Of a DNA stretch of 29,480 nt, positions 1-10,082 are shown one piece after another (positions within the stretch are counted from its first letter, which is position 1; every line of letters begins with the position of its first letter). Below the pieces are notes generated by a model that had not been told where the DNA came from, ran no database searches, and was given only the letters and a program-made list of their open reading frames with translations. This DNA comes from Archangium sp. (lineage in GTDB: Bacteria > Myxococcota > Myxococcia > Myxococcales > Myxococcaceae): the NCBI GenBank assembly GCA_031367385.1, contig JANLPS010000459.1:1-29480 (forward strand). Reading direction: 5' to 3'. The translations under genes were made by a program, and so were the position numbers.

Positions 1-36
1 CCGTAACCTGTTGATTCGGCGTGGTGGGGGTGGGGC

Positions 37-2475
37 GTGCATCATTGGTCGGTCGAATCTCTGGGCAATCGCCCAGTGGTCATTCCAGTAGGGCTGTTTC
101 TTGTTGGCGTCGTCATCGGCCCATTTCTGGGTCTGAATGGCTGGGCGCTCGGCGTTCTGTGCACCTCGTTCGCTGCCGTGGCCTGGTGGCGTGCGCCTGG
201 GGTCGGAGCACTCTGGCTCCTGCTCGCCTCGGCCCTTCTGCTCGGTGCGCTGCTGGCGTCGGTGCAGCTGGTCGAGCCGTTGCCCGATGAGCGGCGCCAG
301 GTGCTGCTCGAGGGCGAGATCGAGACGGTGCGCGACGGGCCTGACGGGGCGTCGTGGGTGGTTCAGGTCAGCCGCCTCGACGGAGCGCCTGCCAGGTTTC
401 GGGCGACCCTCTTCGCGGCGCATTCGCGGGCCGTGCTGCCAGGTCAGCGCTTCATCGCCAGCGCGAAGCTCAAGCCGGCCCTCGAGCGCTCGAACCCGGG
501 CGAGTGGAGCGACTCGCTCGAGCTGTTGCGCCGAGGCCAGGTCGCGACCGGCAGCGTCGATGGCCCACGGGTGTTGGTGCTGAGCGAGGCATCGTGGTGG
601 CGCAGGTGGGTCGATGATCGGCAGCGGGCGTTGGGGGCCAAGGTCGAGTCGCTCGACGGCGATCGAGACGCGACGGCGTTGCTGCTGACGCTCGCGGCAG
701 GCAAGCGGGCGGCGCTCGATGACGCGGTCGAAGACGAATTCGCGCGCAGTGGCCTGGCGCACATACTCTCGGTGAGCGGCCTGCATGTCGCGGTGCTCGC
801 GGTGGTGGTCTTGGCGCTGCTGCGGTGGGTGCTGGTTCGGGTGCCGTCGCGGCGGCTGCGACGAATCGACGTGCGGCGGCTGGCGGCGCCCCTCGCCGTG
901 CCCTGGGTGTGGGCCTATGTCATCTTCACGGGGGTTCAAGCGCCCGCGGTGCGCTCGGCCGTGATGTGCACCCTCGTGCTGCTGGGGCTCGCCTGGCAGC
1001 GCCGGAGTGACCCGCTCAACGCGCTGGCGATTGCCGCGGGCGCAATGGCGGTGCTCGACCCTTCGGCGGTGTTCGATCTCTCGGTTCAGCTCTCGTTCGT
1101 GGCGGTGGCGGCGCTGATTCTGCTGTCGCCGTTGCTGCGTGAGGCGCTCCCCATTGACCGGCCAGACCCTTCGACGCAGCGCGGGTGGCGCTTGCGAGTG
1201 GCTCGGGCCGCGGAGGCCGTGCTCCAGACGTTCATCGCCTCGCTGGCGGTCACGGTGGCCTCGGTGCCACTGGTCTTGACCACGTTTCAACGCGTGGGCT
1301 GGGCGGGGCTGCTCTCGAATGTGGTCGCCCTGCCCTTGTCGGGGCTGCTGACCCTGTTCTCCGCTGGGGGCGCGGCGGTCTTCGTCGCTGCTCCGAGCGT
1401 GTCGGGGCCGGTGCTGTGGCTCGGCATTCAGCTCTCGAAGCTGTTGCTGCTGTGCGCCCATCTGTTCGCCGGTATTCCCGGGGCGACCGTGCGGTTGCCG
1501 GCGCCCGAGTGGTGGCTGGGGGCGCTCTGGTGGGCGGGGCTCGGTGCGCTCGTCTTCACCCGAGGGCGATGGCGTCGGCTCGCGCTGGCCGCTCCGTGCG
1601 CCGCGGTGCTGCACCTGGTGGTGGTGCCAAGCCCCCAGTGGGTCGAAGTCAGCTTTCTCGCAGTGGGCCACGGAGACGCGATCGTGGTGAGCAGCCGAGG
1701 CCATCATCTGCTCGTCGACGGAGGCGGCATACCCAACGGCAGCGACACCGGCCGGCGGTTCGTGCTGCCGTTCTTGCGGCAAAAGCGCGTCGACAGGCTC
1801 GACCTCGTGGTGCTCTCGCACCCTCACCCCGATCACGCGCTCGGGCTGATCTCGACCTTGCATGAGCTGAGCACCGACCGGCTGTGGCTGCCCGCGGGAG
1901 CTTCAGAGGGCCCGCTGATTGAAGACCTGCGCGAGGCCGCCGAAGACGCCGAGGTCGACGAGGTTGAAGCGGGCCACGTCCCCTACGCGCTCGGAGAGGC
2001 CACCGTCGAGGTGTTGGGGCCTCCACCAGACCGGGTGCTGCTCAAGGGTGAGAACGACCGCTCGGTGGTGCTCCGCGTGCGACACGGCGAGGTCACCTTT
2101 TTGCTTAGCGGAGACATCGAAGAGGCGGCTGAAGAACAGCTCGACCCCGGCCCGGTGACGGTGATGAAGGCCCCGCACCATGGCTCGAGAACGAGCTCAT
2201 CGGTGGGGTTGCTCGAGCGTGCCCAGCCGAAGTTCGTGGTCTTTTGCGTGGGCAAGAACAACCGCTTCGGCTTTCCTTCGCCTGAGGTCGTCGCTCGCTA
2301 CGAGCTGGCTGGCGCGCGCTGCTACCGCACCGACCGCGACGGAGCCGTCACTTTTCGCAGTGACGGGCACCGCGTCGAGGTCGAGACCTTCTTGAAGCCC
2401 GACTCAGTCGCGAGCGCGGCGGCGCATGACCGCGACGACCAGAAACAGCATCACGAGGCCACCGCCAACGAGTAG
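37..2475 (+). CDS. comEC: DNA internalization competence protein ComEC/Rec2
   Basis: 812 aa with N-terminal TM helices and an OB-like region. The Competence domain has GLAHILSVSGLH, followed by many TM segments. The C-terminal metallo-beta-lactamase domain has VGHGD, SHPHPDH, GD and PHHGS. The GTG at 37 is the first start after an in-frame stop at 4-6. Confidence 0.95.
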   Translation: MHHWSVESLGNRPVVIPVGLFLVGVVIGPFLGLNGWALGVLCTSFAAVAWWRAPGVGALWLLLASALLLGALLASVQLVEPLPDERRQVLLEGEIETVRDGPDGASWVVQVSRLDGAPARFRATLFAAHSRAVLPGQRFIASAKLKPALERSNPGEWSDSLELLRRGQVATGSVDGPRVLVLSEASWWRRWVDDRQRALGAKVESLDGDRDATALLLTLAAGKRAALDDAVEDEFARSGLAHILSVSGLHVAVLAVVVLALLRWVLVRVPSRRLRRIDVRRLAAPLAVPWVWAYVIFTGVQAPAVRSAVMCTLVLLGLAWQRRSDPLNALAIAAGAMAVLDPSAVFDLSVQLSFVAVAALILLSPLLREALPIDRPDPSTQRGWRLRVARAAEAVLQTFIASLAVTVASVPLVLTTFQRVGWAGLLSNVVALPLSGLLTLFSAGGAAVFVAAPSVSGPVLWLGIQLSKLLLLCAHLFAGIPGATVRLPAPEWWLGALWWAGLGALVFTRGRWRRLALAAPCAAVLHLVVVPSPQWVEVSFLAVGHGDAIVVSSRGHHLLVDGGGIPNGSDTGRRFVLPFLRQKRVDRLDLVVLSHPHPDHALGLISTLHELSTDRLWLPAGASEGPLIEDLREAAEDAEVDEVEAGHVPYALGEATVEVLGPPPDRVLLKGENDRSVVLRVRHGEVTFLLSGDIEEAAEEQLDPGPVTVMKAPHHGSRTSSSVGLLERAQPKFVVFCVGKNNRFGFPSPEVVARYELAGARCYRTDRDGAVTFRSDGHRVEVETFLKPDSVASAAAHDRDDQKQHHEATANE

Positions 2476-3360
2476 CCAGACGAGGCCGTTGGGGCCTTGC
2501 TCGATGGGCTCGGTAATCGTCTGAACCACTGGCGCCTCGGCCATACCTGCGTCTTCGACGAGGCCCGCGGGTGCCAGGTCGGCCGCGGCGACGACCACTC
2601 CAGCGTCGACCTCGGGCTCGGCCATCGCGACCGCGGCGGCCGGGGCTGGCCGGTTGGGTTCACCGATGTCGAGGGGCTGGTTCGGTACTTTGGCCATCGA
2701 GGGTCGGCGATTCTCGTCTCGGGCGTCGTTGGTGAGCTTTTTGTTGGCCGCATCGACCGCGGCTTTTTCTTCGGCGGCTTGTTCGGCGGCCTTGATCTTC
2801 GGCACCTCGGTGCTCTTGGCCATCGGCTCGGGCATCTTGCCGTCGTCGAGCTTCGCGACCATCACCGGCGCCGCGGGCATGCGCAACGTGAAGCGCTTGC
2901 TGATGTCTTTCTGAGACGAGTCGCGGGCGGGGACGATCTTCACTTGCACCTCGAGGCCGGTGGCGACCTCGAACGTCGCGTCTCCGCCGAGCTTCCACTT
3001 GTAGCCGCCCTCGTCACTGAGCACCGCCGAGGCCTTGTTGGCGAACACCAGCTTCGCCGAGACCTTGTGCTTGCCGGGGGCGACGTCACCCGAGAACACC
3101 TCGTGCGCGCCATCGGCCGCGAGCGCGTCAGTCGACTGCGGTGGCACTGGCTTGCCGTCGACCTCGAAGGTGGCCTCTTCGAGCTTGTAGTTGGGCTCAT
3201 CGGGCGAGACGAAATCGACGCGCACCCGAGTCGGGGCAGTGCCGACCATCTGCTTGAGCTCGCGCTCGAGCTCTTCGCGCGCTTTGCGTTGAACCGCGTC
3301 TTCACCAAAAGCGACGGTACCGACCAAGAGACTCAAGGCTGCGACGATTCGCCAGTGCAT
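2404..3360 (-). CDS. Exported hypothetical protein with signal peptide, beta-rich domain, low-complexity linker and C-terminal TM anchor
   Basis: The ATG at 3360 gives MHWRIVAALSLLVGTVAFG, which is signal-peptide-like. It is followed by a beta-strand-rich domain, an Ala/Pro/Glu linker and the C-terminal LVWLLVGGGLVMLFLVVAVM-RRRARD. The start was trimmed from the 3414 ORF-track start. Confidence 0.8.
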   Translation of the reverse strand: MHWRIVAALSLLVGTVAFGEDAVQRKAREELERELKQMVGTAPTRVRVDFVSPDEPNYKLEEATFEVDGKPVPPQSTDALAADGAHEVFSGDVAPGKHKVSAKLVFANKASAVLSDEGGYKWKLGGDATFEVATGLEVQVKIVPARDSSQKDISKRFTLRMPAAPVMVAKLDDGKMPEPMAKSTEVPKIKAAEQAAEEKAAVDAANKKLTNDARDENRRPSMAKVPNQPLDIGEPNRPAPAAAVAMAEPEVDAGVVVAAADLAPAGLVEDAGMAEAPVVQTITEPIEQGPNGLVWLLVGGGLVMLFLVVAVMRRRARD

Positions 3361-3452
3361 GTGATGGGCCCCCAAAAGCCAAAGGTAGGTGCGGCTCCGA
3401 CATGAGTACCGCAAACTGGGCCAGACGTTCAGTTGAAAGCGAGCAGCCCGAC

Positions 3453-3477
3453 GAGAAACGCGGGGAGTGCGTTTTTC
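3453..3477 (-). terminator. Hairpin downstream of the EEP gene, possible intrinsic terminator
   Basis: GAGAAACGC-7 nt-GCGTTTTTC inverted repeat about 10 bp past the EEP stop. The U-tract is weak on the minus strand. Confidence 0.4.
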
Positions 3478-3486
3478 ATTCGCGGG

Positions 3487-4659
3487 CTAGGGCTCGAACC
3501 AGAAGTCTTTGACGACGCCCATGTGCTGCATGTTGCTCGAGGCGCTGTCGCCAGAGGTCGCTGGCGCGAGGTCTGCGATGGGCGTGTAGACGCGGGTGTC
3601 GACCACGAGGCCATTGGTGAAGCTGTGCAGGCCGATGACGACAGGGGCCTTCAGCACATTGAGGCAGCGAGAGGCCAACACCCAATCGTAGGGCTTGTCG
3701 CGAGAGGCGTTCGTGCCGCCCTTGTTGGCCTGATCAACGGGCTGGGCGCCCGAGGTGACGACTCGGGCCGCGAGGGTGCTGATGACCGCTTCGGTGCGGC
3801 TGTCGGTGTTGAAGTCGCCGCCGATGAGTAAAAAATCAGTCGCGGGCACGTGGGCTTGCAGCTGAGCCACCAATGCTTTGCCCTCGCTGTTTCGCTCGCC
3901 GGCGCTCGAGGTCAGCAGGTGGAGCGAGACGACCCAGAGGTCTCGTGGCCCGGGGAGATCGATGTGGGCCCAGGTGAAGGCGCGGTTGCCGACTTGAGGG
4001 TCGGTCCAGTCTCCCGATTCGAGAATGGGCCAGCGCGAGATGACGCCATTGGGTATCTGCCCGAAGCCGCCGCGGGCCCAGTACATGCCCGCGTCGTCGC
4101 CGCTCAAGGAGGTGGCGAACTTCGAGACCTCGAAGTCGGAGCTCGAGTTGATGTTGAATTCTTGAATCATCACGATGTCGGGGTGAACGCCCCGCATGAT
4201 GTTCTGCCCATCGCCCAGGTCGTAGTCTTGGCCGTTACCGCTGCTGAGGTTCGCCGCCATCGCGCGAAGTCGCAGGGTGACACCGGGGTTCGAGCTCTGC
4301 GGGCAGTCACCGGCGTCGCGGGGGCCTGCGTCTGGCACCGTGCCCGCGTCGACTGGGTGCGCACCGGCATCGAAGGGCTGAGCGCCTGCGTCTGGGGGCT
4401 CGGTCTGGCCTGCGTCTTCGAGAGGCCCCCAGGAGGCATCGAGTGGCTCGCCAGCGTCTGACTCTGGCTGGCCCGCATCACCGGGCTCGCCCCCCGCATC
4501 GCCAGGCACGCCGGCATCACGGCCCACGCCAGCGTCTGCCTTCACAGGAGTCACCACCGGGTGGGGCTGAGCCTCGACACCAGGCTCGATGCCGCACGCC
4601 ACGGCCAGGCACAGCAAGGCGACCCATCGAGAACGAAGCGCAGACACGGCGGGGCGCAC
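3487..4659 (-). CDS. Endonuclease/exonuclease/phosphatase (EEP) family protein, probable lipoprotein
   Basis: EEP motifs: AAN, DIVMIQE, SRWPI, SLHL, GGDFN, YDWVL and a terminal His (MQH). The N-terminal hydrophobic segment ends LAVAC (imperfect lipobox) and is followed by a DAG-repeat linker. Confidence 0.88.
   Translation of the reverse strand: MRPAVSALRSRWVALLCLAVACGIEPGVEAQPHPVVTPVKADAGVGRDAGVPGDAGGEPGDAGQPESDAGEPLDASWGPLEDAGQTEPPDAGAQPFDAGAHPVDAGTVPDAGPRDAGDCPQSSNPGVTLRLRAMAANLSSGNGQDYDLGDGQNIMRGVHPDIVMIQEFNINSSSDFEVSKFATSLSGDDAGMYWARGGFGQIPNGVISRWPILESGDWTDPQVGNRAFTWAHIDLPGPRDLWVVSLHLLTSSAGERNSEGKALVAQLQAHVPATDFLLIGGDFNTDSRTEAVISTLAARVVTSGAQPVDQANKGGTNASRDKPYDWVLASRCLNVLKAPVVIGLHSFTNGLVVDTRVYTPIADLAPATSGDSASSNMQHMGVVKDFWFEP
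4309..4536 (-). repeat. Coding DAG (Asp-Ala-Gly) repeat linker
   Basis: Eleven DAG plus one DAS, spaced about 5-8 aa apart, between the signal peptide and the EEP domain. Confidence 0.85.
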
Positions 4660-4698
4660 CCTACTCGAGAACCGGGCAGAAGAAAGCGGCCCCGGCGC

Positions 4699-8289
<3,591 letters not shown>

Positions 8290-8369
8290 GGGCGGTCACT
8301 TACTCCGATTCGAAAAGGGCACGCGATGTGGGTGTGACCCAGGGGTCGTTTCGAACCCGTCGCTTCAGG

Positions 8370-8387
8370 TTACCGACCGGTCGGTCA
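8370..8387. promoter_or_regulatory. Palindromic operator-like site (TetR-family-like)
   Basis: Perfect 14-bp palindrome ACCGACCGGTCGGT (8372-8385) within TTACCGACCGGTCGGTCA, in the dnaE/mvaS divergent intergenic region. Confidence 0.6.
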
Positions 8388-8405
8388 TTTTAGGCGTGCG
8401 CTTTT

Positions 8406-8420
8406 TGTTGCATTGCAACA
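8406..8420. promoter_or_regulatory. Second palindromic operator-like site (TGC-N3-GCA core)
   Basis: Perfect 7-1-7 inverted repeat TGTTGCA-T-TGCAACA ending 10 bp before the mvaS ATG. It is AT-rich relative to the background. Confidence 0.6.
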
Positions 8421-8430
8421 TACACCGCCC

Positions 8431-9618
8431 ATGAACCCTGGAATCGAAGCGCTGGGTGTAGCGGTGCCGTCAACATGCGTGCGGTTGGACGCTTTGGCCG
8501 AAGCGCGCGGAGTGGCTCCCTCGAAATTTCTCGACGGTTTGGGCACGCACACAATGGGCGTGGCGATGCCAGACGAAGACACGGTGACGCTCGCGGCGCG
8601 CGCGGGGCGAATGGCGCTTGAGTCGGCGAAGGTGTCGCCTGATGACATCGGCATGCTGGTGGTCGGCACCGAGACGGCGGTCGACCATTCGAAGCCAGTC
8701 TCGTCATTCGTGCAGGGGTTGTTGGGCATCGGGCAGCGCTGCCGGGTCTTCGAGACCAAGCACGCGTGTTACGGCGGCACGGCGGCCCTGCAGCTGTCGT
8801 TGGACTGGATTCGCAGCGGCTCGGCCCGCGGCAAGAAGGCGCTGATCATCTGTAGCGACATCGCACGTTACGGCTTGCACACGGCCGGCGAGCCGACACA
8901 GGGGGCGGGCGCGGTGGCGTTGTTGGTCTCTGAGAACCCGGGCCTGGTCGAGCTCGACGCGGGCATCACCGGGCTGTGTGCGATCGACGTGCACGACTTC
9001 TGGCGGCCGCTGTATTCAAAAGACGCGTTCGTCGACGGGCACTACTCGGTGCAGTGCTACCTGGAGTCACTGACCGGTGCGTACAAGCACTACCAGGAGC
9101 TCGCCGGCGGCGCAGCCCAGGGCTTCAGCGATCGCTTCGCGGCGCTCGCGTATCACGTGCCGTACGGCAAGATGGCTCGCAAGGCCCACCGCACCCTGCG
9201 TGGGCTCGATGGAGACCCGAACCCCGACGCGAGCTTCGATCGCCTGGTGGCCTCGGGGCTGATCTACCCGGCGACCGTCGGCAATATTTACACCGGGTCG
9301 CTGTACCTCTCGCTGACCAGCATGCTGGCGAACACCCCGGCCTCGCTCGAGGGCAAGTCGGTGGGGCTCTTCAGCTACGGCAGCGGCTCATGCGCTGAAT
9401 TCTTCAGCGGCACGGTGCAGCTTGGGGCTCAAGCGAAGGTCAAAGCACTCGGTTTGACCGAGCTGCTCGCGGCGCGGCGACAGTTGAGCATCGCCGAGTA
9501 CGAGTCGGTGATGAACGCGCGCGAGACGATCGATCAGAAGCCCCTCGCCGCTGCGTCGACGCCTGAGTTTCAGTACCTGGGCGTTGACTCGCACCGGCGT
9601 ACCTACGGGCGGGCCTAA
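8431..9618 (+). CDS. mvaS: Hydroxymethylglutaryl-CoA synthase
   Basis: Motifs GTETAVDHSK, KHACYGGT (catalytic Cys), SDIARY, GEPTQGAG, YHVPY, GNIYTGS and FSYGSG. The ATG at 8431 (MNPGIEA) is preferred over the TTG at 8413. Confidence 0.96.
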   Translation: MNPGIEALGVAVPSTCVRLDALAEARGVAPSKFLDGLGTHTMGVAMPDEDTVTLAARAGRMALESAKVSPDDIGMLVVGTETAVDHSKPVSSFVQGLLGIGQRCRVFETKHACYGGTAALQLSLDWIRSGSARGKKALIICSDIARYGLHTAGEPTQGAGAVALLVSENPGLVELDAGITGLCAIDVHDFWRPLYSKDAFVDGHYSVQCYLESLTGAYKHYQELAGGAAQGFSDRFAALAYHVPYGKMARKAHRTLRGLDGDPNPDASFDRLVASGLIYPATVGNIYTGSLYLSLTSMLANTPASLEGKSVGLFSYGSGSCAEFFSGTVQLGAQAKVKALGLTELLAARRQLSIAEYESVMNARETIDQKPLAAASTPEFQYLGVDSHRRTYGRA

Positions 9619-9860
9619 GCTGCGCGGGCTCGTGCGCGCTGGGGCGCATCAGTGACCGGCCGGAAAGATGGGCTCCCAGCGCCGTGGCGCCGACTGACGG
9701 CACGACGATACGAGATCGCGTAGCAGCGAAGGCTCGAGCGGCAGGCGCGCTCGCTCGGGAGCGCCGGCGGTCGGGGCCTTGCCCAGAGAGAAAGCCGGCC
9801 CTCGAGCACGGCGCGGCTCCGGTTCTTCGACTCGGTGTGGCGCGTGTCCAGTGACGACAT
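9615..9860 (-). CDS. Possible small Arg-rich hypothetical protein (81 aa)
   Basis: Fills part of a roughly 460-bp gap. It has an ATG start with AGAAAGG just upstream, and a hand count gives about 62 of 81 codons ending in G/C. No recognisable domain. Confidence 0.3.
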   Translation of the reverse strand: MSSLDTRHTESKNRSRAVLEGRLSLWARPRPPALPSERACRSSLRCYAISYRRAVSRRHGAGSPSFRPVTDAPQRARARAA

Positions 9861-10082
9861 GGCCTTTCTGCCCGATTGACGCTCCTCATTCGCTTGTTAC
9901 CGCCGCCGGCCGCATCGCCTCTTCTTTCGATGAGGCTTCGCCAATTTTCTTGTTCTGCGAATTGCCGCGCGTCGTCATGCGATGGCCAAGCCAAGCGCCA
10001 CTCCTGCCGCCTCGAAGCGTTCACCGGGGCGCCTCGTGATTCCGCGTTACATCGCGCCATCGATCAACGAGTCTCTCGCGCC

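Noticed and set aside
3416..3433. CTG...GTTCAG resembling a myxobacterial LexA box (also CCTGAAC at 28621)
   Set aside because: Only half-sites match; spacing and internal positions do not fit the consensus as I recall it.
8340..8362. GGTTCGAA on the minus strand suggesting a tRNA T-loop
   Set aside because: The flanks do not form a T-stem and no cloverleaf could be built.
8391..8413. Sigma54-like promoter upstream of mvaS
   Set aside because: The GG and GC dinucleotides are not at the required GG-N10-GC spacing.
9876..10082. N-terminal extension of TldD in the ORF track
   Set aside because: It is not protein-like and would bury the twin-arginine signal starting at ATG 10083.
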